Positions 44,580-55,495 of a DNA stretch of 64,000 nt are shown one piece after another. Source of the stretch: Patescibacteria group bacterium (GTDB lineage: Bacteria > Patescibacteriota > Patescibacteriia > Veblenbacterales > UBA10138); the NCBI GenBank assembly GCA_041645215.1, contig JBAZQK010000001.1, positions 54,091-118,090 on the forward strand, read 5' to 3'. Each line of letters begins with the position of its first letter. Position 1 is the first letter of the stretch. The notes below the pieces were generated by a model, which ran no database searches, was not told where the DNA came from, and worked only from the letters and a program-made list of their open reading frames with translations. Position numbers and translations under genes: made by a program.

Positions 44580-47500
44580 GTGTTTCCATCAGTCAAAAAA
44601 GGTTCTAAATTAAAGCGTTTGGTTGCCGCCCTGGCAATTGGTTTGGCAATGCTGACTATGGCCACGCCGGCTTTGTTAACTCCGCGGCCGGCGCAGGCGC
44701 AATTTACTGACGTTGCTAACTTAGCAGTTAACACTGGTAAGTGGATATGGGAAAGAATGGTAGAGGTTGGTGACTGGGTTTATAAACATGGCGCGGCCAT
44801 AGCTTTTCGTAACGCCGCCCGGACTTTTACGCAAAAAATCGCTTATGACTCGGCTAATATGTTAGCCTCGGGCGGCCAAGGCCAGACTCCTTTATTTACT
44901 TGGAAAAATTTAGGCAAATCAATTTCTGATGCCGGTGATGAGGCCGCCGGCAGTTTTTTGGACGGCATTGCCTCGGGCGGGGTGTGGGGTAAGTTTAATA
45001 TTTGCGAACCAACCGGACCCAACGCGCCCTTTGCCAAATTAATGATAACTATGCCGGCGTTTAATTTAAATTTAAGCGGTGCTTACAAACCCATTAAGCC
45101 GCGCTGTACCCTGTCTAAATTTAAAGACAACTGGAACAAAGTTTTAAACGACCCCGAGGCTAAAAAAACTTTTCTAAAAGATTTTTCGGTTGTGTTTGAT
45201 CCTAAACAAAGTGAGTTAGGTGTGGGGTTGAATGTGCAAACCAACTTGGTCAAGGAAATTGAACTAAAAAAATATTTAGCAGAAAAAAATGCTACCGCCA
45301 GCGGCGGCATTTTGCCAATCACGCAAACCATTACTCAATTTATTAAAACGCCGGCGCCGCGCATTGAGCGGGCCGCCAATATGACAACCGAGCAGGCCTT
45401 AAAAGAACCACTGGTGTTTACCGGTGATATTCTGGCTGACGCTTTAGGTGTTTTTACCAATACTTTAGCGGCTAAGTTAATGAAGCGGTTAACACAGGGT
45501 GATATTCCCAATCCGGCCGGCATAGGGCCGTCATCATTGTTTGGCGCGGCTTATGGGGCCAGCGGGGTGGAGTATGCGCAAGCCATTAATGCCACGCTTT
45601 TAACCGCCCCTTTGGCCGGCGGCGATGTGTTGGATATGATCAGTGAATTTTCCGGCTGTCCCAGCGATACCCAGTACGCGGCCATAAATAATTGTACAAT
45701 CAACAGTAAATTTGAGCAGGCCTTGCGCAAAGCCGAAGACGGTAACGCGTTAACGGTTAAAGAGGCTATTAACAAAGGCTTAATTAGCGGCGGCTGGGTG
45801 TTTAAGCAAGAAAAACCGCAAAATGTTCGCTTGCCCGATGCTTGGTACTTGTCTGATATTAAAAAGTTGCGTTTGGCCCGTATTTTACCGTTGGGTTGGG
45901 AATTGGCAGTACAAAAAGTGTCTGGCCAGGATGTGAGTTTGAATGATGTGATGAACGGATTCACTGATACCAAAAGTCCGTATTATCATTTGATTGACCC
46001 CAACTGGATATTAAAGGCGCCGCTGTCGCAGTGCCGCCTTAGGGGCCCCGGGCAAATTATACAATCGGCCGGTGGAACGCGTAATGACACTTGCGTTGAT
46101 ACCCAAAGTTGTATCGCCGAAGATGAAGACGGTACTTGTTCGGCCTGGGGCTACTGCACCAAAGATAAAAATATCTGGCGCCTGGGGGGCGATAGTTGTG
46201 AATTTCCCAAAGGCTCGGGCGTCTCACCCTATGCCTCCTGCCAAACCTTTACCGCGCCCGGCGGCAACAGTGTTTCTTATTTGCAGAATTCACTGGCTAA
46301 TTTTGACGACGGAGTTTGCAGCGGGGCGGTCGGCTGCAGGTGGTATTCAACCTTGTTTAATAGTTCGCCGTCGGCTACTTCCGCCAATCGTTATTTGTTA
46401 ACTAAACCGCCTTTATATTTAAAGAATTTAGATAAATTAACTTGCGATGCCGCTAACGAAGGTTGTACTAAATTTTTGCGGCTTACTAATATAAACGCCG
46501 TCGCTTTAGGCAGTGTGGCGGGCGCTAATCCGGCGGAAAAAGTGGTTAATCAGGTGATAAACAGCAGCGACACTTATGATAAATATGCTCAAGTTCAATC
46601 AGTAACTTTAAAATCCGCCCCGGTCCAGTTTAAATGTTATGACACTGACGCCGGCGGTAAGCTTATTACTGGCAATGATTCGCCCGAGTGTAAAAATTAT
46701 TTAAACCTGTGCCGCGCCAATGAGGTTGGTTGCGATCTTTATACGCCCAAGGACGGCTCGCCGGCTATACCGGGAGTATTTGAACCAACTAACACTTGCC
46801 CGGCGCAGTGTGTTGGTTATCAGGTTTACCAACAACAACCGACATTTTTTGAAAAAAATCCAACTCCAGCGCAATATTTTATTCCCGCGACTGCCCAAAA
46901 ATGTTCAGCCACCGCCGTGGGTTGCGAAGAGTTTACCAATGTCAGCCAAAATGAACAGCGTGAATATTATAGCCAATTGCGGCAGTGCATTAAACCGGGG
47001 GCCAAAGCCGCGACTTATTTTACCTGGGTTGGGTCGGAATTAACCGGTTATCAATTAAAACGGTATAGTTTAAAATCATCGTCGGCCTCTTCTTTGGCGG
47101 CGCCGGCCACCACCGATAGTTCCGGCGATTGTCGTCCGAGCGGCTCGGCGCAATATCCCACGGCCGACCCGGATTGCAAACAATTTTATGATGTAGCGGG
47201 TAATGCCCATTATCGTAATTTATCAGTAACCATTACCGCTTCCGACCAGTGTACGCGTTACCGCGCCACCAATGTTAGTAAAACTGATTGTATTGGTGCT
47301 AGTGGTGTCAGCGGCGTTGGCGGCACTGGCGGCGAATGGGACGCGACAGTTGAAAAATGTTTTTACAACGCCATACCCCAAGAAGGCCAGATGTGCAATG
47401 CTTCGCAAGTTGGTTGTCGCGAGTATAAGGGGCCAACCGGTGACAATGTAAAATTGGTTTTCCCCATATCAACTTTTGGCGACAATGACGCCAAGACCAA

Positions 47501-50500
47501 ATGGCCGATTGACGCTTCGCCGACCGGTGATTGGAAATCCGGCACTATATCTAATGATTCGTCAGCCGCTTTTGGCCATTCGTTTGATTCCGGAACCGAC
47601 AGGATTATTTATAAAGATGTCGCCGTTGGCAATATTACGCCTGACCAGCAATATGTGATTTCTTTTTGGGCGAAAAAGAGCGCCTTGGCTGGTAGACCGC
47701 AATCATTTAATAGCGCGCCCTTAAACTCTAGCGCTTTAGTACCCAGTAATGTCAGCGGCGTTAACTTCTGGTGGCAGGGGGTTAAAAAACAATGGAGCGC
47801 CGTGCCTGGCGCCCAGGCGCAGACTTCGCCAATTTCTTTGACCGCCAATCCACCAGTTATTTCTAATTTAATAAGCACTCCGCCGGCCAGCTCGGCCACT
47901 ACCAATTTAACCTGGACAGCTGATACAGCCCCGACTGACCAAATAACCGTTAGCATTGATAACGGGGTCCTGCCACCGACTACTTACCTGGCTGATTCGC
48001 GCTGTGCTAACGCTGGCTCCAAAACTGATACGCCTTGTACTAACAACGACACTTGCCGTGTTCTAACTTCTACTTGTCGGCCGGCTGATTTTAAATGTAA
48101 GGGCGGACCCCAAGACGGGTTAGCTTGTCCGACCGAACAGAATTCCGAGTGTCAGAATACAACCGCCACTTGCGCTAGCGGCAAATGTTCCAACAATGAT
48201 ACTATAAGCTGTACCGGCACTGATGCTACCCCCTGTCGCAATACCACCGCGACTTGTGAATCAACCACCAAGAAGTGTTCCGGTCCTTATAAACAAAATG
48301 AAATATGCAGTGTTAATAATGACTGCGTTGACCAAACCCCGATTTGCCAAATAAATACCCCAATCCCGGTCAAAACCGGAACCGTGGCGGTTAACTTGCC
48401 TACTCGTATTTACAGCGATTATACTTTACCGATCGGCGCTACTTATAATTTATCAGTGGCTTACAGCGGCGGCAGTACGGTAACTAAACAAGTGGCGGTT
48501 AAGGTTAATAATCCATTGGGTCAATTTAGCCTAACCAGTCCGCTTAACGGCGCCACCAACCAATCAATTACGCCGAAAATTGAATGGACCGCTTCGGCGC
48601 GGGCGACTAATTACGCCTTAACAGTGGGCAGCGATTCTTATACTTTAGCCGCCACTGAAGTTTGCAGTGTTGCTTCTTGTTCGTTCACTGTTCCGGTCAA
48701 TCGCAAATTACAATACAACCAAGCTTACGCCGTATCAATTCAGGCGGCCACTGATATTGTTACAAAAAACAGTGATAATAGTATTTCCTTTACCACTGAA
48801 CAAGCCTCGGCCGGCGTTTTTGGTTTTAACGCGCCGGCGGATGACCCGCTGACGACCGGTGGTGAAGACGAAAGATTAAGCATTCCAGTATCTAATATGG
48901 AACAGGGGTCAATTCCGGTAAATATCGCCTGGTCGCCCTCTAGTAACGCGACTTCGTACATTGTTACGGTTTACCAGCAAGAAGACGCTGGTATGAGTTT
49001 AAAATGGAGTACAACCACAACCACCGCTACCGCCGTGGCAGTGGATAAAGGTCTTTTGAAATATGATACTTATTGTAGAATTGAGGTTACAGCCTTAAGC
49101 GGGGCCGCCAGTAAGAGCATTAAACTAGAAGGTTCAGCTGGCAACAATCCTTGTCGCACGCAACAGCCGCCCAAGTCGGCGACCGTGACTGACCCAGCCT
49201 CGGCCGCCGTCATAAAAACCCTTAACCCGATTTTTAGGTGGCAAAGAGGGTGGTGGAATATATCATATAAAATTGAGGTTCAAGTTAATAATGGCGTGAG
49301 TTTTGTTGATTTGTGCGGCCGGGATAATTTGACCACTACGGTATTAACCACTCCGGAATTATCAGCCGGTTGCGGCAACAATTTAACCTTTAAGGATTTA
49401 GGCAGTTATCGCTGGCGGGTAATTTCAAAAAACGCTCATCCTAATGTGGCTTATTCAGTAGTTTCGCCCGGTGCCACTGTGGATTGGAGTTATTTTAGTG
49501 TCAGCACTTTTGAACCGTCTTACGGCGGCAGTGGCGTAACTTATGGCAGTTTGCCCAGCGTAGTCGGCTCCAACAAAGAAAATCCGACACCGCCGGCGCT
49601 TAAGGGATTGCAAGCCGTTTTGAGCGGCAGTTCAGGCCAGTACAGTCCTGCTAAATGTACCGATCCCAATAATCCGCCGGTTATAGTTGGTAAGCAAGAT
49701 TATAAAGTAACGCTTGCTTGGGATGCTTACCAAAATCCGACTGACAAAAAACAGGCGTTAGGGTTTAATTTGTACCGCGGTATTGGCGGTCAGGCGGTTA
49801 CTTATTTGGGCTGCTTAGGCGCAACTGAGGTTTGTAAGCCGAATACTCCGGTTGGTGCTATCACCAATACGACTTACCTTGACAGCAGTAGTAGAATTAA
49901 AGATTTAACCGCCAACCGTTTTGTTTATCAACTTCGCGCTTTTAATACCGGCGGCGAATCCAAAGGCATTTCCGTGGCCGTGGCTACATCTAATCCGCCC
50001 ATTAAGCCGTCTTGTGTGCCGACCGCGGTTACGCCGGATAAAGGTGATATTGTGGTTAAATTAATGGTAGATGGCCAGCCAGCGGCTGGTGTAAGTTCTT
50101 ATGAATTAAATAGTGCTGAACATGCAGATGTGGCTATTTCAACCTCAGGCGATAAAATTTCTGGCCAGGCTCCAGGTGATTATTTATTTAATTATTTAGG
50201 CGGCAGTTTAACTGGTTTTACTAATGCGGAAATTTATTCTCTGGAGGCCAGCCCCGGCGGCAGTATAAATTGTGTGGGCGCGCCGTGCGGCGAGGTGCAG
50301 GGCATTTTGCAAGCCGGACAAACTTTAACTTATACTATTAATTTCGTTACTCCGCCGGCGCCGCCAGCCTCCGTTCCGCCCAACACCAACTTGGATTTTA
50401 GTGTGGCCAGCGGCGGCTTAGCCAGCGATTGGCAGCTTTATACTTTTGGTCCTTATGAATTGCCAGCCCCGGTTGATACCGCTAATGGCGTACGGGTTAG

Positions 50501-53500
50501 AATTAGCGCCGCCGACCGGTTTGTGATTGATAATGTTATCTTACAGCAAGTGGCGGACACGGTTTATGTGAATAAAGGGTCTTGGAAAATGCCTAAGGAC
50601 GCCGCTGGCGGTGATTTGTGCAAACTTAAAGATATCGGTTGCAAGGCTTATACCGACCGGCAAAAAACCACTTATAATTTAACCGGTTTTAGTAAAATCT
50701 GCCGCGCCGAGGCAATTGGCTGTGAGGCCTTGGTTGATACCCGTAACTCTGATTCAGCCAAAGAGATTTCGGCCGCGGTTAGCGGGCAAACAATTTATAC
50801 CCCGGCTGACCAGCTGGTGTACCGGGTTTACGACACCAAAAAGGCCTGCGCCGCCAGTATGCAGGCCTGTCAGCGTGTGGGCGAGCCGGTATTATCAGCC
50901 ACCGGCCAAGCGCAAAGTTGGGGTGATAAATTTGTAAAGCTTAATCCGGACACTTTCAGCGGAAATAATTCGCCGCTTTGTTCAGCCCGGCAAAATAGAT
51001 GTCAGGTATTTAAAACCGGCAGTGTTCCCCATTATTTTAAAGACCCGGGTAATAATGTTTGCGAATATAAGCAGTTAACGCCGGCTGACCAGTATGGCTG
51101 GTATAAACAAGGCACGAGCGAGGCTTGTAACTTGTTAGCTAATGCCAGTTTTGAGAATTTTGAAGCAGCTAATAATATAACTGGCCAGCCAATCACCAAC
51201 AGCGGTACGGCCGGCGATAATATTGAAGATGCGTTTAAATATTGGCAACGAAATAATAGCAGTTCAACTGAACAGGGGGCTTATTTATATGCCCTGCCGT
51301 CGTTTGGTCAGGGTTATTATAATGGTAATACCATTTTGAAAGTCAAGAGCGTGGCCCAGCCTTATTCTGGGGTATGGAGTGAGGTGGTGGAGTTGCCAAC
51401 AGTGGATACGGCTAACCCTCGCTACTTTACAGTGGGGGCGCGTTTATACGTACCGCTTGGCGCTAAAATGGATACGCCTTGGATACTTAGCCAGCACTCT
51501 TATAATGGTGATGAGCCTACACCAGTCAATTGCCCCCAGCGGCTGGTTAATGGTGTTAATGTTAGTTCTTGTCATCATTATGAGTATGAACCAAATGAAC
51601 CAGGGAATGATTATACCGTAACCGAAGCTGATAAAGGTAAATGGGTTTATAAATCCGCTACCATCAAGGCGGACCCGGGAGTAAAGTATGTGTCTTTAGG
51701 AATTATTGTGGCGACTGACAAGGATTGTGCGAATGGCAGATGTAAGTCTGATCAAGAAATTTACGTTGATGGCGTGAGTATAACCGAAGGCACCGCGCCT
51801 TATGCTTATGCTTGCCCCAGCGAAATGTCCAGCTGTAAAGCTTACCGTGATCCGGCCTTAACCAATAGCACATATTATTATTTGGACAATAAAAAATTAG
51901 ACCGTAGTTCTTGCGGCGGTAAGGTGAGTGAAAAAGACGGCTGTTTACTGCTTAATGATTTGTCGCAGTCCGGTGAGTTGCCTTGGAACGCTAACCAAAG
52001 TTATGGCCAAAGCCGTAATCAGGATGGTGTCGCGGTCGCGTCTGTGTCAGGTGTGGGGCGTTGTTCCAATGACCCTACTCAAACCAAAACCTGCACCAAA
52101 TCCAGCGATTGCGGTTCAACCACTGCTTATTGTGATTATAAAGCAACTAATGATAGTGTGGCGCCGGACACCAATCTGATTCTTAAGGTGCGGCGCGATC
52201 GGGTGTGTTCGGAGTGGCTGTCTTGCCAAACCAGCACCACTGTAACCGATCCGCAAACCGGCAAAACTCGCGAAATTTGTTATTCACTGGGCCGTTGCGA
52301 CCAGGTTAGCCAATCCAAAGCCGCCGGGCAGTGCGCTAATTGGCTGGAGCCAGAAGCGCAACAACATCCGTTGGACGAGGCTGATTATGTCGGCCGCAAT
52401 GTTACCTGGGCCGGCCAGGAATATTCCGGTTATTCCATACCGGGCCTGTGTTCGCTGGATATGGTTAGTTCCACACCAGCTTGCGGGGTGGCTATTAGTA
52501 AGGCCAAAGCCTGTCGTATTTATCCCGAGGGTGACGCGCCGTTCCCGGCCAAAGTGGCGCGGTTTGATAGCGATAAGGCCGATACCGCCAAAATTATTAC
52601 CCGTTCCCCCGGCTACAAAGACGCTAATGTGTGTCAGCCGGGTGAGGATTGCGAATGCAGTTACCAGCGCGCTAATTATACTAGTGAAACTAAGTTCTTT
52701 GGTTACAAAGGCACGCCGCCATCGGTTATTAATAAGGTGACTGAAGATTGTGGATCAGGTCAGACTAATCAAGAAATTTTGGAAAAGTGCGCCGAACAGT
52801 CAAAGTTAAAGCAGATTACTTTGGCGCGCGGCTTAAAGGGTTATTGTTTGGAGACTGATTCGTCGCGGCGCATTAATGCCAGCCAAGATCAAGCTTGTTT
52901 AACCTGGTTGCCGATTGATGTGGTTCAGGGCGAGACCTCCATTTTTGACGACAAACCCGAAGCCGGTTTTACTCCCCAGCGCACCGATGGCAACTTGCTT
53001 TATTGTCTGCAGGCCAATAGCAATGCTAATCGCGGTACAAATAAATATGAAGTCATTTCTAATAATATGGGCCGTAAGGTAGAAGTAAATAATTTTTTTG
53101 GCGGCGGTGGAGCATCTGGAGTTGGTGATGCAATGTTTGACATGATGAATATAGTAAAATGTGACGGCGCCGATGTTTGCAAAGAGCGTGGCACTTTCAG
53201 CACCGACTCCGAATATATATGGAGTCATGTTGAACATGGGTTTGGTTTTAGTTTGTCTTTAAGTGATTTTGAAAAACAGTTGGGCGGTATACAAGCGATT
53301 GATGCTATTAAGATTAAAGGTATATATAATGTATACCCCTTTGAACTCAACTTAAGCCGTTCTGTGGAATCGGCTGGAGATTCTTGGTCTGGCGGTTCAG
53401 GTGGAATTGGCATAAGAGTCAAATTTAACCCGGCTGACCCGGATAAATTTCTTGACGTGCAATTGTATCATACCCCGGCGAGTTACGGGTTCTTTAGGTT

Positions 53501-54905
53501 TAAAATAGTGATTTATCCTCGCGAATGGTGTTATAGTTTGGCGCAAGTAGTGGATAAACAACAAACCATCCCCAACAAAGCCCAAACTAATCGGGTGAAT
53601 ACTAGCTCAACTTATTCAATTTCTGGTTTAGGTTATAAATATGACAAAGATTCGCAAGGTAATCCGATTATTCCACCATTTGGCGCGGTTTTTAACAGCC
53701 CGTTGCAACCGGAAAATATTGATAAAATTGTGGCTGTTGTTCAGGAACCGGCGCAACAAAATAACCGATATCAAAATAATTCTGCCAACGCTATCTTTAG
53801 TTGCCGCACCGATCGCAGTGGTTTTGCCTGCGGCCAATGGATGTGCTTGGTTAATGGGCCGGGCGATATTAATGATGCTAGCAAGGTGGGGCAGGCTTGC
53901 AAAGTTACAGCCAACGCAACTTCATATTGTGGTTTAACACCAGCTTGCCCAGCCGGGGCTACTTGCGAAGCAGATTATCAAAAAGACCAGCCTTATATTT
54001 GTACCGGCACTAATCCGGTAATTACTATCCCCGGTAGCGACGGCGTGGCTGTGCTGACTAAACTTTATGAGCCAATTCAGGAGATCTTTGCTAAAGTTTA
54101 TAAGCGTTATGACTGGAGTGGCAAAGACAAAGCTTATCGGGAAATAACGGATAATAATCTTCTTCCGTCGTCACCTGATATTAGTAGTGATCCATCATTA
54201 ACCGACCCGCCAATAATAAGCAGTGTGACGCGCGACGACAAAGGCCGGGTTACGGGCGAAGATGTTAAATATAATTTCAGTATTTCCACTGTTCAGCAAA
54301 GCCGCGCCACTGGTGAAATTAAAGGCGTTAGTCCGTTAGCCGTAACCGCCGCCTTTTACGCTTATAATCCGAACGGCAACCAGATGCCCCTCAGGTTTGT
54401 GGGGGTTGATTGGGATAATAAATTACAGCCTGATAAAAATATTCAGGTACTAGCCTCGTTAAAGAATCACAAGCCGATTTGCCAAGCGCAATATGTCTGC
54501 GCCGGCGACCCCACTTTGTCTTGCGCTGATGTTAACGATACTAAACAGTGCGGCAATAAAGGGCCTTGCCAGCGAAATAAAGATTTTAATTTTGGCGACA
54601 GCCCCGATGCCTGTATAGACGACGAATCCGACCGCGCCGGCTACTTCTTCTACACCAATGTTTATACTTGTTCCGGGTCTGGTCATCCTAATTGGGATTC
54701 TAATAAGGGCGCTTGCGTTTATGAACCGAGCGTGGCCGTGCGCGATAACTGGGGGTGGTGGAGCAACGGCCAATATGACGACGCTGACGCTATTATTGCT
54801 GGCGCCACTGCCAATAATAAAACTTGGTTAGATTATAGTAAAAAGTCTGATACTACTGATACTGCTAATCCGGTCAAGATAATCGTAAAACCCAAGAGCC
54901 AGTAG
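44580..54905 (+). CDS. Giant secreted/surface protein of 3441 aa, Cys-, Thr-, Asn- and Gly-rich, with GTG start and signal peptide.
   Basis: Signal peptide LAIGLAMLTMATPALLTPRPAQAQ. A single uninterrupted ORF of 10.3 kb with more than 150 Cys residues, many in CxxC/CxxxxC spacings. Only short antisense ORFs overlap it. Confidence 0.6.
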   Translation: MFPSVKKGSKLKRLVAALAIGLAMLTMATPALLTPRPAQAQFTDVANLAVNTGKWIWERMVEVGDWVYKHGAAIAFRNAARTFTQKIAYDSANMLASGGQGQTPLFTWKNLGKSISDAGDEAAGSFLDGIASGGVWGKFNICEPTGPNAPFAKLMITMPAFNLNLSGAYKPIKPRCTLSKFKDNWNKVLNDPEAKKTFLKDFSVVFDPKQSELGVGLNVQTNLVKEIELKKYLAEKNATASGGILPITQTITQFIKTPAPRIERAANMTTEQALKEPLVFTGDILADALGVFTNTLAAKLMKRLTQGDIPNPAGIGPSSLFGAAYGASGVEYAQAINATLLTAPLAGGDVLDMISEFSGCPSDTQYAAINNCTINSKFEQALRKAEDGNALTVKEAINKGLISGGWVFKQEKPQNVRLPDAWYLSDIKKLRLARILPLGWELAVQKVSGQDVSLNDVMNGFTDTKSPYYHLIDPNWILKAPLSQCRLRGPGQIIQSAGGTRNDTCVDTQSCIAEDEDGTCSAWGYCTKDKNIWRLGGDSCEFPKGSGVSPYASCQTFTAPGGNSVSYLQNSLANFDDGVCSGAVGCRWYSTLFNSSPSATSANRYLLTKPPLYLKNLDKLTCDAANEGCTKFLRLTNINAVALGSVAGANPAEKVVNQVINSSDTYDKYAQVQSVTLKSAPVQFKCYDTDAGGKLITGNDSPECKNYLNLCRANEVGCDLYTPKDGSPAIPGVFEPTNTCPAQCVGYQVYQQQPTFFEKNPTPAQYFIPATAQKCSATAVGCEEFTNVSQNEQREYYSQLRQCIKPGAKAATYFTWVGSELTGYQLKRYSLKSSSASSLAAPATTDSSGDCRPSGSAQYPTADPDCKQFYDVAGNAHYRNLSVTITASDQCTRYRATNVSKTDCIGASGVSGVGGTGGEWDATVEKCFYNAIPQEGQMCNASQVGCREYKGPTGDNVKLVFPISTFGDNDAKTKWPIDASPTGDWKSGTISNDSSAAFGHSFDSGTDRIIYKDVAVGNITPDQQYVISFWAKKSALAGRPQSFNSAPLNSSALVPSNVSGVNFWWQGVKKQWSAVPGAQAQTSPISLTANPPVISNLISTPPASSATTNLTWTADTAPTDQITVSIDNGVLPPTTYLADSRCANAGSKTDTPCTNNDTCRVLTSTCRPADFKCKGGPQDGLACPTEQNSECQNTTATCASGKCSNNDTISCTGTDATPCRNTTATCESTTKKCSGPYKQNEICSVNNDCVDQTPICQINTPIPVKTGTVAVNLPTRIYSDYTLPIGATYNLSVAYSGGSTVTKQVAVKVNNPLGQFSLTSPLNGATNQSITPKIEWTASARATNYALTVGSDSYTLAATEVCSVASCSFTVPVNRKLQYNQAYAVSIQAATDIVTKNSDNSISFTTEQASAGVFGFNAPADDPLTTGGEDERLSIPVSNMEQGSIPVNIAWSPSSNATSYIVTVYQQEDAGMSLKWSTTTTTATAVAVDKGLLKYDTYCRIEVTALSGAASKSIKLEGSAGNNPCRTQQPPKSATVTDPASAAVIKTLNPIFRWQRGWWNISYKIEVQVNNGVSFVDLCGRDNLTTTVLTTPELSAGCGNNLTFKDLGSYRWRVISKNAHPNVAYSVVSPGATVDWSYFSVSTFEPSYGGSGVTYGSLPSVVGSNKENPTPPALKGLQAVLSGSSGQYSPAKCTDPNNPPVIVGKQDYKVTLAWDAYQNPTDKKQALGFNLYRGIGGQAVTYLGCLGATEVCKPNTPVGAITNTTYLDSSSRIKDLTANRFVYQLRAFNTGGESKGISVAVATSNPPIKPSCVPTAVTPDKGDIVVKLMVDGQPAAGVSSYELNSAEHADVAISTSGDKISGQAPGDYLFNYLGGSLTGFTNAEIYSLEASPGGSINCVGAPCGEVQGILQAGQTLTYTINFVTPPAPPASVPPNTNLDFSVASGGLASDWQLYTFGPYELPAPVDTANGVRVRISAADRFVIDNVILQQVADTVYVNKGSWKMPKDAAGGDLCKLKDIGCKAYTDRQKTTYNLTGFSKICRAEAIGCEALVDTRNSDSAKEISAAVSGQTIYTPADQLVYRVYDTKKACAASMQACQRVGEPVLSATGQAQSWGDKFVKLNPDTFSGNNSPLCSARQNRCQVFKTGSVPHYFKDPGNNVCEYKQLTPADQYGWYKQGTSEACNLLANASFENFEAANNITGQPITNSGTAGDNIEDAFKYWQRNNSSSTEQGAYLYALPSFGQGYYNGNTILKVKSVAQPYSGVWSEVVELPTVDTANPRYFTVGARLYVPLGAKMDTPWILSQHSYNGDEPTPVNCPQRLVNGVNVSSCHHYEYEPNEPGNDYTVTEADKGKWVYKSATIKADPGVKYVSLGIIVATDKDCANGRCKSDQEIYVDGVSITEGTAPYAYACPSEMSSCKAYRDPALTNSTYYYLDNKKLDRSSCGGKVSEKDGCLLLNDLSQSGELPWNANQSYGQSRNQDGVAVASVSGVGRCSNDPTQTKTCTKSSDCGSTTAYCDYKATNDSVAPDTNLILKVRRDRVCSEWLSCQTSTTVTDPQTGKTREICYSLGRCDQVSQSKAAGQCANWLEPEAQQHPLDEADYVGRNVTWAGQEYSGYSIPGLCSLDMVSSTPACGVAISKAKACRIYPEGDAPFPAKVARFDSDKADTAKIITRSPGYKDANVCQPGEDCECSYQRANYTSETKFFGYKGTPPSVINKVTEDCGSGQTNQEILEKCAEQSKLKQITLARGLKGYCLETDSSRRINASQDQACLTWLPIDVVQGETSIFDDKPEAGFTPQRTDGNLLYCLQANSNANRGTNKYEVISNNMGRKVEVNNFFGGGGASGVGDAMFDMMNIVKCDGADVCKERGTFSTDSEYIWSHVEHGFGFSLSLSDFEKQLGGIQAIDAIKIKGIYNVYPFELNLSRSVESAGDSWSGGSGGIGIRVKFNPADPDKFLDVQLYHTPASYGFFRFKIVIYPREWCYSLAQVVDKQQTIPNKAQTNRVNTSSTYSISGLGYKYDKDSQGNPIIPPFGAVFNSPLQPENIDKIVAVVQEPAQQNNRYQNNSANAIFSCRTDRSGFACGQWMCLVNGPGDINDASKVGQACKVTANATSYCGLTPACPAGATCEADYQKDQPYICTGTNPVITIPGSDGVAVLTKLYEPIQEIFAKVYKRYDWSGKDKAYREITDNNLLPSSPDISSDPSLTDPPIISSVTRDDKGRVTGEDVKYNFSISTVQQSRATGEIKGVSPLAVTAAFYAYNPNGNQMPLRFVGVDWDNKLQPDKNIQVLASLKNHKPICQAQYVCAGDPTLSCADVNDTKQCGNKGPCQRNKDFNFGDSPDACIDDESDRAGYFFYTNVYTCSGSGHPNWDSNKGACVYEPSVAVRDNWGWWSNGQYDDADAIIAGATANNKTWLDYSKKSDTTDTANPVKIIVKPKSQ

Positions 54906-55174
54906 TTAACAAGTTTAGGACTTGTGAGTTTGTCACCCCGAATTTATTTCGGGGTCTATTTTAATTTACTTGAATACGGTAAAAATTACTTTTTGCATAA
55001 CCCCTTTGTTTTTATTTTAGCTATCATTTATTTCCATGAAAGTTTGCATAAAATATCAAAATCTGTTATAATTAACTTATAATTTAGGTTAAAGTGTGGT
55101 AGAATTTAATAACACTTGATCACTTTATCACTCAAACACCGGAACAAAAGGACACTTGAGCATTATTCATGGGC

Positions 55175-55335
55175 AATGATAATTAATGTAAATATCAAAA
55201 ATCAAAATGCCTATTATAACTCAAAAGTCAAAAGTAAAAGCTTCGCTTTTAGTAGTTTTGCGATTTTCATGCCCGAGGCAGATCCGCCTTTGGCGGAGAC
55301 TTTTAACTTTTGACTTAAATTTAATATTTACATTT
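55175..55335. repeat. 'gatatttacatttt' family repeat element with a central ccgcctttggcgg hairpin and no cargo.
   Basis: The left end is aatgtaaatatcaaaaatcaaaatg...ctcaaaagtcaaaagtaaaag. The centre is ggcagatccgcctttggcggag. The right end is cttttaacttttgacttaaatttaatatttacatttta, the inverted complement of the left end. Confidence 0.45.
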
Positions 55336-55337
55336 TA

Positions 55338-55480
55338 CCCAGTATAACTACTTCGCTACAACTCGCTTTTAACAAAATTAGTGCAATTAATATATTAATC
55401 AGATTTAAATTATCATTTATTTACTAAACAGTCTGTCAACTCACGCTCGTTAATTTTGTTAGCGAAGTTGATATACTGGG
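55338..55480. mobile_element. MITE-like element of family 'cccagtata' (copy 3, inverted relative to copy 1).
   Basis: cccagtataactacttcgctacaactcgcttttaacaaaattag ... taattttgttagcgaagttgatatactggg. Confidence 0.5.
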
Positions 55481-55495
55481 TTTAAATTTCCTGTC

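Noticed and set aside
44843-54773. Numerous 60-140 aa ORFs on both strands inside the giant gene.
   Set aside because: They are antisense or out-of-frame artefacts of a long GC-balanced ORF. The single 10.3-kb frame is the parsimonious reading.
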